A stretch of DNA of 51,459 nt from Phenylobacterium sp. (GTDB lineage Bacteria; Pseudomonadota; Alphaproteobacteria; Caulobacterales; Caulobacteraceae). Positions 19,446 to 28,637 of the stretch are shown piece after piece. The notes below the pieces were generated by a model that saw nothing but the letters and a program-made list of their open reading frames with translations, did no database searches and was not told the DNA's origin. Within the stretch, counting starts at the first letter, position 1. Each line of letters begins with the position of its first letter. The DNA lies in NCBI RefSeq assembly GCF_044371015.1, contig NZ_JBILUK010000001.1:1-51459 (forward strand), written 5' to 3'. A program made the position numbers and the translations under genes.

Positions 19446-20486
19446 TTAAGGTTCCTCTTCCGTCGTCTCGGCCGCCTTGTCCGGCGCGCGTCCGGCCCGC
19501 TCTTCCTCGCGTGCGCCGGCCAGGATCCCCGCCAGCCCATAGTTTCCCTCGTGACAGGCATATTCGTACATCGGGGTCGGAGAGCGCGAGAACTCGTACT
19601 CGCCGCCCCAGGGCTCGCGAAACACACTCGGGTCTTCGACCCGAAAGGCGTAGTGCAGTCGGTCCGGGCCAACGCGGGTGAACCTCTCGGTGATCTTCAG
19701 ATTGACCGAGGCGCCGCGAAACACCTGCTGAGGATGAAAGTTAGTGGTCTCCACTACAAGGGCATCCCCCTCCCAGCGGCCGATGGAGTCGCCCATCCAG
19801 GTGCGCACCTGCGATGGCGGATGCTGCCCATCCATCCGTACGATCCGAGCGTCGTGGACCATCTCCACCACGATGACGATCGTCTCCGGCGTCTGAATGA
19901 TCTGGTAGAGGTTGTTGTACAGCACCGGCTGCATCACCGGCCCCGACGAACCGCCGAAACCGACGAGGCAGCGCTCCCCTGGCGAGCGGGTCTCTGGATT
20001 GTCGTTGATCGCCAGACCAGGCGGTAGGATCGGCCGGCCCTCCGAGCCCGCGCGGACATCCGGCCGCATCGGCACGCGCCCGTCAGGCGTCGAGGTGATG
20101 AAGCCGTTCCGCGGCTGCCCGCCCACACGCATCACCGTGGTGCCTGGATCGGTCCAGCCGGCGTTGTAGTTGCAATTGGTTCCACGCCCGTCCGAGCAGT
20201 CCGCTGGCAGGTCTTTGACGGTAGAGCCGGCGCGGGTCGGGGCATTACCCAGGTCGATCAGCGCCCGATTCTTGCCCTCGATCTCTGCGGCGCGCGCCTC
20301 TGACATCACCAGCGTGTCGCCGTAGGCCGGGTTGCGCTCCAGTCGGGTGAGGCTGGCGTTGGTCCAGTCGCCCTGGAGGTCGGGCCGCCCATCCGCCAGT
20401 CGCGGCGGCTGGTATGGCTGGGCTGACGCCTCTCCGACCAACAGGCTCGCCGCAAGCACCAGGCCCGCCCAGTCCGTACCCTGCAT
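19446..20486 (-). CDS. Secreted conserved hypothetical protein
   Basis: Signal peptide (..ASA/Q), GRPDLQGDW, GDSIGRWEGD.LVVET, ERFTR, YEYACHEGN motifs; ATG at 20486. Confidence 0.8.
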   Translation of the reverse strand: MQGTDWAGLVLAASLLVGEASAQPYQPPRLADGRPDLQGDWTNASLTRLERNPAYGDTLVMSEARAAEIEGKNRALIDLGNAPTRAGSTVKDLPADCSDGRGTNCNYNAGWTDPGTTVMRVGGQPRNGFITSTPDGRVPMRPDVRAGSEGRPILPPGLAINDNPETRSPGERCLVGFGGSSGPVMQPVLYNNLYQIIQTPETIVIVVEMVHDARIVRMDGQHPPSQVRTWMGDSIGRWEGDALVVETTNFHPQQVFRGASVNLKITERFTRVGPDRLHYAFRVEDPSVFREPWGGEYEFSRSPTPMYEYACHEGNYGLAGILAGAREEERAGRAPDKAAETTEEEP

Positions 20487-20560
20487 CGTCGCCCCCCGCC
20501 GGTTCCTGTGTCCGGAACGCTCGGCCCGCACGCTAGGGCGGGCGTCAAACCTGCTCAAGT

Positions 20561-21613
20561 CTACAGGCCCAGCCGCTTCGCCCGGCTGGCCACGGCCAGC
20601 GCAAGGCGCTCGGCGATCAGGCGATCGGGCGAGCCGGTGGTCTTACAGGCGCGGTCTGCTGCCAGCAACTCAGGCTGGAGGCGGTCGAGGTCTTCCAGTT
20701 TCCAGGCGCGGACCTGGCGTAGAACCTCGCGCTCCTGCTTCCAGAACACCCCGGAGGCCTTGGCGGCCTCTTGCGCACCGGCTCCAGCCAGAACCAGGGT
20801 CACCACCTTGCGCAGCCTGGCCAGGTGCATCCCCATGGCGCGCACCGCCGCGGGTCCGCCCTCGCCCTCCTGGGCGGCGCGGCGCAGGCCGGCCTGCGCC
20901 TCGGCGATCCGCCCGCCGAAGGCGTCGGCGGCGGCGTCGAACAGTGAGGCGTCCGGCTCCACACCGAGGAACGCCTCCAGGTCTGTGGCTGCACCCTGGA
21001 CGCCGCTGCCGGGGCCGAGAAACAGCACCAGCCGTTCGATCTCCTGCCGAACCACGCCCCGTTCGCGCGGCAGGCGCGCCACGAACAGCGCAAGAGCGTC
21101 TGCGTTGAGGTTCAGATTGTCCTTGGCCAGGGTCTCGCGGACCAACCGCGCCACGTCGCCCGGCTCATCCTCGTAACAGGGGATGGCCGCCGCGCCCGCC
21201 TGCTTCTCCGCCGCCTTGCGCAACGCTGACCCCTTGGCCAGGTCTCCGGCTTCGATCAGCAGGAACGCGTCGGGATTGAGCTCCCCCTTCGAATGGCGCT
21301 CCAGCGCCTCGGCCGCCAGCCGGTCGATCGGAACGCTGTCGCCGGAGAGCCGGAGTCGCACCAGCCGCCGGCCGCCTATCAGGGACTGCGCGGCGAGTTC
21401 CCCCTCCAGACGACCGCCGTCGTCGGCCATGTCGCGTTCGGACAGCACCGCCACGTCGAATGGATCATCCGGATTGGCCACGATCTTGGAGGCGAGCCCC
21501 TGCGCCCGGTCGCGCACCACGCCCAAGTCGCGACCGAAGATCAGCGCCGCGCGAATCGCAGGGTCGGGTCGGGAAAGAAACCGCTCGGCATCGGGGCGGC
21601 GGTTCAGGAGCAC
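20561..21613 (-). CDS. holA: DNA polymerase III delta subunit
   Basis: leuS-lptE-holA gene order; SLIGGRRLV, AIPCYED, RQEIERLVLF, VFWK, ADRACKT. Confidence 0.92.
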   Translation of the reverse strand: MLLNRRPDAERFLSRPDPAIRAALIFGRDLGVVRDRAQGLASKIVANPDDPFDVAVLSERDMADDGGRLEGELAAQSLIGGRRLVRLRLSGDSVPIDRLAAEALERHSKGELNPDAFLLIEAGDLAKGSALRKAAEKQAGAAAIPCYEDEPGDVARLVRETLAKDNLNLNADALALFVARLPRERGVVRQEIERLVLFLGPGSGVQGAATDLEAFLGVEPDASLFDAAADAFGGRIAEAQAGLRRAAQEGEGGPAAVRAMGMHLARLRKVVTLVLAGAGAQEAAKASGVFWKQEREVLRQVRAWKLEDLDRLQPELLAADRACKTTGSPDRLIAERLALAVASRAKRLGL

Positions 21614-22113
21614 TATCGGGCGGCGACCTTGGCGCCGTTGGCCAGCCAGGCGGCCAGTTCAAGCTGGATGCGGCGTGAAGCCTCTTCCGCTGCCCGGTCC
21701 TGCGCATCCTGCTGTGCGGCGATGGAGGCATAGGGCTGGTCGGCGGAATCGTAGGTCAGCTCCACCCGAACCTGACCCCGCTTGGCCACGTTGCGGCCCG
21801 GCAACGCGAGGAGCGCGTAGCTGGCCGTCAGCACGTATTCGTAGCGGGTGGCCACATTGTCGATGCGAACGCCGCGCGGATAACGCGCTTCGCCCAGGCT
21901 GATCTGCATGGTGTAGGCGGGCGGAGCCGAGGCGTCATGGGCGAACGCGTCGTCCAGATGCTGACGCATCAGGTATCCGGTACGCCCGGACGGCGCTTCC
22001 ACCTGGATCCCCGCCAGTCCGCTTACAACCTGCGGCTGGCCATAGAGCGGCTGGAAGCCGGCGCAGCCGCCGAGCATCAGGGTCAGGCCAAGGACGGGAA
22101 GGAGCTTTCGCAT
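21613..22113 (-). CDS. lptE: LPS-assembly lipoprotein LptE
   Basis: Lipobox LGGC followed by GFQPLYG; between leuS and holA. Confidence 0.88.
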   Translation of the reverse strand: MRKLLPVLGLTLMLGGCAGFQPLYGQPQVVSGLAGIQVEAPSGRTGYLMRQHLDDAFAHDASAPPAYTMQISLGEARYPRGVRIDNVATRYEYVLTASYALLALPGRNVAKRGQVRVELTYDSADQPYASIAAQQDAQDRAAEEASRRIQLELAAWLANGAKVAAR

Positions 22114-24689
22114 CAGGCGGCCACGATATTCACGATCCGGTCCTTGACCACAATGATCTTGCGGATCGTCAGGCCTTCCAGCCGCCGCGCGATCTCCGGG
22201 TCGGCCATGACCAGGGCCTCCACGTCGGCGGGCTCGGCGCCTGCAGGCGCAGCGATCTCACCCCTTCGCTTGCCGTTCACCTGAATCGGCAGGATCTTGA
22301 CCGCATCCTCGGTCAGGGCTGTGTCGAATTCAGGCCATGGCGCCGCGACCAGCAGGCCCGGGCCGCCGATCCGCTCCCAGCAACTCTCGGCCAGGTGCGG
22401 TGTAAAAGGCCCGATCAGCCTTGCGAACGCCATCAGCGCCTCGGTCCGCGCCGCCAGAACCGCCGGGCTCGCGCCCACGGCCGGGTTGGCCTTCAGCAGG
22501 TTCAGGAACTCGTAGAGCCGCGCGATGCCCGAATTGAACCGGAAACCCTCGATGGCCTCGGTCACCTGGCGAATCAGCTTGTGGGTGGCGCGGCGAAGGT
22601 CGGGGTCGGGCTCGACCGACATGGCGCCTTTGGGCTGACTGTCGAACTCGTCCCACACCCGGTTGACGAACCGCCAGGCGCCCTGCACTCCGCCGGTAGA
22701 CCACTGGGCGTCACGTTCCGGCGGGCTATCCGACAAGACGAACAGGCGGGCGGCGTCCACCCCATAGACATCGAAGATCTCGTCGGGCGTAACCGTGTTG
22801 CGCTTGGACTTCGACATCTTCTCGACATCGCCGATCACCACCGGTTCGCCGGTCTCGGTCAGCCGGGCGCGGCGAGTCTTGCCCTCGACTTCGATCAAAA
22901 CGTCGCGCGGTTCGAGCCAGTCACCGTTCTGCCGACGATAGGTCTCATGCGTAACCATGCCCTGGGTGAACAACCCGGCGAACGGCTCGCGCACCCCGAC
23001 CATGCCCTCGTCGGCCAGGGCCTTGGTGATGAAGCGGGCATAGAGCAAGTGCAGCACCGCATGTTCGATGCCGCCGATGTACTGGTCCACCGGCAGCCAG
23101 TAGTCCGCCGCCGCCCGGTTGATCGGCTCTTCGGCTTGGGCGTCAGTGAAGCGGGCGAAGTACCAGGAACTGTCGACGAAGGTGTCCAGCGTGTCGGTCT
23201 CGCGCGTGGCGTCGGCGCCGCAGGCCGGGCAGGTGGTGTGCTTCCAGGTCGGGTGCCGCTCCAACGCGTTGCCCGCTTTATTGAACTCGATGTCATGCGG
23301 GTGCGTCACCGGCAGGGCCGATTTCGGCAGCGGCACGACACCGCAGGCCGGACAATGCACCACGGGGATCGGGCAGCCCCAGGCCCGCTGGCGCGAGACG
23401 CCCCAGTCACGCAGCCGGAACACCACCGCACCCTCGCCGTCGCCCTGGGCCTCAATCCGGGCGATCGCCTCGGCCTTAGCCGTTTCCACGTCCAGACCGT
23501 CCAGGAAGCGGGAGTTATAGATCACGCCCGTTCCCACATAGGCCTGGTCGGCCACGGCGAAAGTCTCTGGGTCCGCGCCGGGCGGAAGCACCACCGGGGT
23601 GACCGGCAGGTCGAACTTGCGGCAGAAGTCCAGATCCCGCTGGTCATGCGCCGGGCAGCCGAAGATGGCTCCGGTCCCATAGTCCATCAGGATGAAGTTC
23701 GCGATCCAAACTGGCAGTTCCAGGCTGGGATCGAATGGATGCTTCACGCGCAGGCCGGTGTCGAAGCCGAGTTTTTCCGCCGTCTCGATCTCGGCCTCGG
23801 TCGCCGCGCCTTTGCGGCAGGTTTCGACGAAGGCGGCGGCGGCCGGGTCGCGCGCGGCGATCGCCAGGGCTACGGGGTGGTCTGCCGCCACGCCCACGAA
23901 GCTCGCACCGAACAGGGTGTCGGGCCGAGTGGTGTAGACCTCCAGACCCTCGGAGGGGCCTTCGCCGGCGTAGTGGAACCGGAATCGGCAACCTTTCGAC
24001 CGCCCGATCCAGTTTTCCTGCATCACCCGCACTTTCTCAGGCCAGCGATCCAGGGTTTTCAGGTCGTCGGTCAGGGCGTCGGCATAGCGGGTGATGCGCA
24101 TCGCCCATTGATTCAGCCGCCGTTTTTCCACCAATGCACCGGAACGCCAGCCGCGGCCGTCGACTACTTGCTCGTTAGCCAGGACGGTCTGGTCAACCGG
24201 GTCCCAGTTGACGACGCTTTCCTTGCGATAGACGAGGTCGCGGGCCAGAAGATCCAGGAACCAGGCCTGTTGCTTGCCATAGTAGGCCGGGTCGCACGTG
24301 GCGAACTCGCGGCTCCAGTCGATGGACAGGCCGAGCTCCTTCAGCTCGGCCCGCATGCGGTCGATGTTTTCGTAGGTCCAGGCCTTGGGATCGACGCCGC
24401 GTTCCATGGCGGCGTTTTCGGCCGGCAGGCCGAAGGCGTCCCAGCCCATGGGGTGTAGCACCGAGAAGCCCCGCGCCCGCTTGAATCGGGCGATCACGTC
24501 GCCCAGCGAGTAGTTCCGCACATGGCCCATGTGCAGCCGCCCGGACGGATAGGGAAACATCTCCAGGACGTAGTACTTGGGCCGCGCTGGATCCTCGACA
24601 GCGCGGAAGGCGTCAGCCTCGGCCCAGGCCAAGCGCCAGCGCGGCTCGGTGATTTTCGGATCGTACTTGGAAGGAGTGTGGGTCGCCAT
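22113..24689 (-). CDS. leuS: Leucine--tRNA ligase
   Basis: [51 protein letters not shown]. Confidence 0.98.
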   Translation of the reverse strand: MATHTPSKYDPKITEPRWRLAWAEADAFRAVEDPARPKYYVLEMFPYPSGRLHMGHVRNYSLGDVIARFKRARGFSVLHPMGWDAFGLPAENAAMERGVDPKAWTYENIDRMRAELKELGLSIDWSREFATCDPAYYGKQQAWFLDLLARDLVYRKESVVNWDPVDQTVLANEQVVDGRGWRSGALVEKRRLNQWAMRITRYADALTDDLKTLDRWPEKVRVMQENWIGRSKGCRFRFHYAGEGPSEGLEVYTTRPDTLFGASFVGVAADHPVALAIAARDPAAAAFVETCRKGAATEAEIETAEKLGFDTGLRVKHPFDPSLELPVWIANFILMDYGTGAIFGCPAHDQRDLDFCRKFDLPVTPVVLPPGADPETFAVADQAYVGTGVIYNSRFLDGLDVETAKAEAIARIEAQGDGEGAVVFRLRDWGVSRQRAWGCPIPVVHCPACGVVPLPKSALPVTHPHDIEFNKAGNALERHPTWKHTTCPACGADATRETDTLDTFVDSSWYFARFTDAQAEEPINRAAADYWLPVDQYIGGIEHAVLHLLYARFITKALADEGMVGVREPFAGLFTQGMVTHETYRRQNGDWLEPRDVLIEVEGKTRRARLTETGEPVVIGDVEKMSKSKRNTVTPDEIFDVYGVDAARLFVLSDSPPERDAQWSTGGVQGAWRFVNRVWDEFDSQPKGAMSVEPDPDLRRATHKLIRQVTEAIEGFRFNSGIARLYEFLNLLKANPAVGASPAVLAARTEALMAFARLIGPFTPHLAESCWERIGGPGLLVAAPWPEFDTALTEDAVKILPIQVNGKRRGEIAAPAGAEPADVEALVMADPEIARRLEGLTIRKIIVVKDRIVNIVAA

Positions 24690-24770
24690 CTGACTGGCCT
24701 TTGACGGGAGAGGACTAGTCCGGTCAACGGCCTTCAATGGCCGCCGTCCGACGCTCGAACAATCCGGGGG

Positions 24771-25247
24771 TCAGCCCCGGATGTTCGAAAGTCGAAGCTG
24801 GCGTGCGCGGGTCAGGATCGAGTTCTCGATATCAACCTCAGTCTGGCCGGCTGCGGGCTGGTCCACCCAGGCCCCGGAGGCGTCCCGGGTCTGCTTGAAC
24901 ACGGCCACGTTCAGGCCGTCGGCCCTCAGGCGCGAATCCAGGATGTAGACCGTGCACTTGAAGCGTTCGTCAGGCTTCTCCGGATTGACGTACCAGTCGG
25001 TGACGATGACCCCGCCGTACGGATCGGCCGAGGACAGAGGCATGAACGAGAGCGTGTCCAGAGAGGCTCGCCACAGATAGCCATTGACCGCGATCGCCGC
25101 TGCGCTTTCGTTCGACGACCGGGGATCGCCGCCGCCACCAAACGGATTGGGCACGGTGCCGCACCCACCTAGCGCCAAGGCGCCCATAGCCACGCCCGCG
25201 ATCAGTCCGCTTCGAATCCGCTCAGCGCACACAAACGGCATTGGCAT
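24771..25247 (-). CDS. DUF3576 family lipoprotein
   Basis: Lipobox LGGC; VNGYLWRASLDTLSFMPLSSADPYGGVIVTDW, ILTRARQLR; GGAG Shine-Dalgarno before ATG 25247. Confidence 0.88.
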   Translation of the reverse strand: MPMPFVCAERIRSGLIAGVAMGALALGGCGTVPNPFGGGGDPRSSNESAAAIAVNGYLWRASLDTLSFMPLSSADPYGGVIVTDWYVNPEKPDERFKCTVYILDSRLRADGLNVAVFKQTRDASGAWVDQPAAGQTEVDIENSILTRARQLRLSNIRG

Positions 25248-25511
25248 CTGTCTCCATTTATCCCCGCGACGCGCTTGCGCGTCACGGCGCCGCCCCGCGC
25301 CGGCGGCCTCTATATCAAGGGCCGATGGAGCGCCAAACAGGAATCGCGTGGCCGCTCCGCCACAGTAGAGGCTCTGATCGAGGTTAATCAGCCCGTGAAC
25401 CTGTGACTCCAGTTGACCCGGTTCGGACGCGCGCCTTAATCCGCATTGTGCATCGTCCCGCACGCGTGGGTCGAGCGAGCACAAAAGCGGTTTGGACGGA
25501 ACCGAAACCGG

Positions 25512-25898
25512 ATGGCTAAGGCCCGCATCCTCGCGATGTTCGCCGCTGCGACGCTGATGAGCGTCGCGGGCGGGGTCGCGAACGCGTCGGATCGCCCGGC
25601 GACGGCCGTGGATTTCACCGTTCGGTCTGAACCAACCACGGCTGCGCCCAATGCCGGGCGCGCGATGCGCTGGGACGCGACGCGAGGCCGCTTCGGTGTC
25701 ACCCTGGGTATTCAACAACCCGATGGCCGGCCGGCGATCCCCAATGACGTTCAGGCCGGCGCCTACTTCCGTATCACGCCGTCAGTGCGGGTCGGCGGCT
25801 CAGTTTCTCTGGGGCCCCAGGATCTGACGCCGCGCGCCAATCAGGCTCGGCCAGCCGACCAGCCGAAGGTCCGGCTCGAAACCGCCTTCAAGTTCTAA
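25512..25898 (+). CDS. ntrZ: NtrZ-like periplasmic protein
   Basis: Signal peptide; WD..RGRFGVTL, DVQAGAYFRITPSVRVGGSV, PKVRLETAFKF; next to DUF3576/leuS as I recall for Caulobacter. Confidence 0.7.
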   Translation: MAKARILAMFAAATLMSVAGGVANASDRPATAVDFTVRSEPTTAAPNAGRAMRWDATRGRFGVTLGIQQPDGRPAIPNDVQAGAYFRITPSVRVGGSVSLGPQDLTPRANQARPADQPKVRLETAFKF

Positions 25899-26508
25899 GA
25901 CCGTCAATCGCCGCCACGCCGATGACGCCCGTCATACGCAGGCGCGCAGCATTGCGCCTGTTCACGCCGCCGAGCGCATAGGCCGGCTGACCGGCCAACC
26001 GGACCAGGGTCGCCAGCCGAACCGGTCCCAGAGGCGCGGCGGCTGATGGGCTTTGGCTTGGAAAGACCGCCGATATCACGACCGCGTGGCCTCCGCGGCT
26101 TCGCGCGGCTCTGACATCATGAGCTGCCGAGGTCACGATCCAGCGCGGGTTCGCCCGCCGAATTGCGCCTGCCCGGTGCGCCGACCGTTGGGGCAGGTGG
26201 ACGCCATCCGCCGCAACCTTCCGGGCCAGTTCCGTGTCCTGGCCGATCAGCAGCAACGCTCCCCTTGCATGCAGGATCGCAGCGAGACTTTGCGCGACGG
26301 CCTCCGCATCCGTTGCCGCGAACGCGCGGTAGACTAGGGCTGCGCCAGGAGGCAGCGATGCCGCCAACAAGTTTAGATCTCCGGATCGCGCCGGATCGGT
26401 AAAAGCCAGCAGCGTCGGCAAGGCCTTTCGCAGGCGCCTTCGCGCCGGTAAGAGCCGAGCGGTTCGCCAGAGGGTCCAGAAGGTCGAGATGGCCGCGTCT
26501 CCCGCCAA
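25888..26508 (-). CDS. Thiamine phosphate synthase/TenI-like protein
   Basis: FTDP.R, ADGVHLP, TSAAH, SAVFPS.SPS, YALGGV; start codon uncertain. Confidence 0.8.
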   Translation of the reverse strand: MAGDAAISTFWTLWRTARLLPARRRLRKALPTLLAFTDPARSGDLNLLAASLPPGAALVYRAFAATDAEAVAQSLAAILHARGALLLIGQDTELARKVAADGVHLPQRSAHRAGAIRRANPRWIVTSAAHDVRAARSRGGHAVVISAVFPSQSPSAAAPLGPVRLATLVRLAGQPAYALGGVNRRNAARLRMTGVIGVAAIDGLRT

Positions 26509-27157
26509 TGCTGCGCCTGGCTATACCGAAGTGGTGGCCCGGATCGCCCGCGCCGCGCAAGCCGCCGGCCGACCCGTCGGCGATGTCACGCTGGTGGCGG
26601 TCTCCAAGCAGCAGCCTTGGGAAGCGGTGGGGCCCGTGCTGGCCGCCGGCCATCGCGTGTTCGGCGAGAACCGGGTGCAGGAGGCGCTCACCCGGTGGGC
26701 TGACCCGCCGGTCCCAATCACGCTGCACCTGATCGGCCCGTTGCAGACCAACAAGGCGCGCGAGGCGGTCGCCCGCTTTGACGTCATCGAGACCCTTGAC
26801 CGGGATCGTCTGGCCCGCGCCCTGGCCGAGGAGATCCAGCGCCAGGGCCGAAGCCCTCGCCTCTATGTCCAGATCAACACCGGCGAGGAGCCGCAGAAAG
26901 CAGGCGTGGCGCCCTCAGAGGCCGACGCCTTTATCGCCCGGGTGCGGACCGAGTTCGGCCTGTCGCCCGAGGGGCTGATGTGCATTCCGCCCGCCGAAGA
27001 GCCCGCCGGACCGCACTTCGCCTTGCTGGCCGACATCGCCGCACGCAATGGCCTGGCCCGGCTTTCCATGGGCATGAGCGGCGACTTCGAGACCGCGATC
27101 CGTTTCGGCGCAACCAGCGTGCGCGTCGGCTCGGCGGTGTTCGGCGCGCGGGCTTGA
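26489..27157 (+). CDS. yggS: PLP homeostasis protein (YggS family)
   Basis: LVAVSK, FGENRVQEA, HLIGPLQTNK, GLMCIPP, LSMGMSGDF, VRVGSAVFG. Confidence 0.96.
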   Translation: MAASPANAAPGYTEVVARIARAAQAAGRPVGDVTLVAVSKQQPWEAVGPVLAAGHRVFGENRVQEALTRWADPPVPITLHLIGPLQTNKAREAVARFDVIETLDRDRLARALAEEIQRQGRSPRLYVQINTGEEPQKAGVAPSEADAFIARVRTEFGLSPEGLMCIPPAEEPAGPHFALLADIAARNGLARLSMGMSGDFETAIRFGATSVRVGSAVFGARA

Positions 27158-27266
27158 GCCCGTCCGGTTCTGGCGGCGCCCTCGAGACCAGGTCAACACG
27201 CCGGAAAATCGAGAGCGTAGCGCGTATCGTCATCCGAGGCGCCGGTCCCGCCTCTGGGAAGGGACT

Positions 27267-27770
27267 CTAACCCACGATCTCAAGCGCGTCGCCGGGCCTG
27301 GCCTGGGCGAGCAGGGCCAGCAGGTCCTCGCGCGCCACCGCGACGCAGCCCTCGGTCGGCGCATAGTCCGGACGGGCGACATGCAGGAAGATCGCGGAGC
27401 CCATTCCGGGAACCGGCGGTTGGTCGTTGTGGCCGAGGATCACGATCAGGTCATAGAGTCCGTCGTCACGCCACAGTCGCTCTGCGCTGGCGGGATAGGG
27501 AAGACGGACGGGCTGGTTGTAGGCGGGGTCAGCGGGTGCATCGCACCAGCCGTCTTCGGGCGTTAGGGCCGCCGCCGGCAGCGCCGTAGACGGCTGCGGG
27601 CCGCGATCCGGACGGTACAGGACCCGCCGCAGCGTCCAGACGCCGGCCGGCGAGGCGCCGTCGCCCTCGCGTTTGTCCGCTGCTGGAACCACGCCGGTGG
27701 GCCCGAGGGCGCAGCGCACGCGCCGATCGCCGAGGTCCAGCCAGCCGTCGGAGGTGGCCACGAAGATCAC
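27267..27770 (-). CDS. L,D-transpeptidase (YkuD-like) family protein
   Basis: KREGDGASPAG, GWCDAP.DPAYN, GSAIFLH, PTEGCVA; only the last 167 codons of the 816-aa track ORF look real. Confidence 0.88.
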   Translation of the reverse strand: MIFVATSDGWLDLGDRRVRCALGPTGVVPAADKREGDGASPAGVWTLRRVLYRPDRGPQPSTALPAAALTPEDGWCDAPADPAYNQPVRLPYPASAERLWRDDGLYDLIVILGHNDQPPVPGMGSAIFLHVARPDYAPTEGCVAVAREDLLALLAQARPGDALEIVG

Positions 27771-27824
27771 GTTCGCCTCGAAATCCTTTGCCGGGTGCGG
27801 CCTGACTGGTGTTTGTTGCGACCC

Positions 27825-28508
27825 ATGGCGCAACGCAAGACCCTCCTCATCGTCGACGACGACCAGGACCTCCGCGGCGCGATCGCCGAGCAGCTCCGCG
27901 ACGAAGGCTTTCTCACCGTCGAAGCTCCCACCGCAGCTGAGGGCGTCGCCGCCGCACGTACGGCCAAGCCGGATCTGGTGCTGCTGGATGTCGATCTGCC
28001 GGATATGGACGGCCGCGACGCGTGCCGCCGCATGCGCGACGAAGGCGTCACCGCCCCGGTGATCATGCTGACGGCCGCCGCGACCGATGAAGACACCGTC
28101 CGGGGCCTGGACTCCGGGGCCAACGACTATGTCACCAAGCCCTACAAGTTCACCGTCCTGCTCGCGCGGATCCGGGCCCAGCTTCGCGACTATGAGCACT
28201 CCGAAGGCGTGGTGTTCCGGTTGGGCGCCTATGAATTCCGACCCGCCGGGAAGGCTTTGTTGGATGACCGCGGCCGCAAGATCCGGCTGACGGAGAAGGA
28301 AACCAATATCCTGAAGTACCTGTACCGCGCCGGCGAAAAGGCCGTGTCGCGGGAGGAACTGCTGGCGGAGGTTTGGGGCTACAACGCCGGGGTCACCACC
28401 CACACCCTGGAAACCCACGTCTATCGTCTGCGCCAGAAGATCGAGCCGGACCCGGCCAATGCGCGGCTGCTGCTGACCGAACAGGGCGGCTATCGGCTGG
28501 CGCCCTGA
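27825..28508 (+). CDS. cenR: OmpR-family response regulator, probable CenR
   Basis: Receiver domain (VDDD, LLDV, YVTKP) plus RLTEKETNILKYLYRAG, VWGYNAGVTTHTLETHVYRLRQKIE; divergent from the L,D-transpeptidase. Confidence 0.85.
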   Translation: MAQRKTLLIVDDDQDLRGAIAEQLRDEGFLTVEAPTAAEGVAAARTAKPDLVLLDVDLPDMDGRDACRRMRDEGVTAPVIMLTAAATDEDTVRGLDSGANDYVTKPYKFTVLLARIRAQLRDYEHSEGVVFRLGAYEFRPAGKALLDDRGRKIRLTEKETNILKYLYRAGEKAVSREELLAEVWGYNAGVTTHTLETHVYRLRQKIEPDPANARLLLTEQGGYRLAP

Positions 28509-28637
28509 GGTCGCTGTTTCTGCGCCATCCGAGGGCCTGCCGGTCTGATCATGCGGGCGAGCCTGGCCCGAACTCGCGGCTTTCGGACCTGCATGCAGGG
28601 GTGGGCTAGCGGCCTCGGCGGGCGTAGGACTTATCCC

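Noticed and set aside
22395-24458. 687-aa plus-strand ORF
   Set aside because: Antisense shadow of leuS; long stop-free reverse frames are expected in high-GC coding DNA and it has no recognisable motifs
25380-25445. TTAA words as CtrA boxes between DUF3576 and the ntrZ-like gene
   Set aside because: Only half-sites; no TTAA-N7-TTAA
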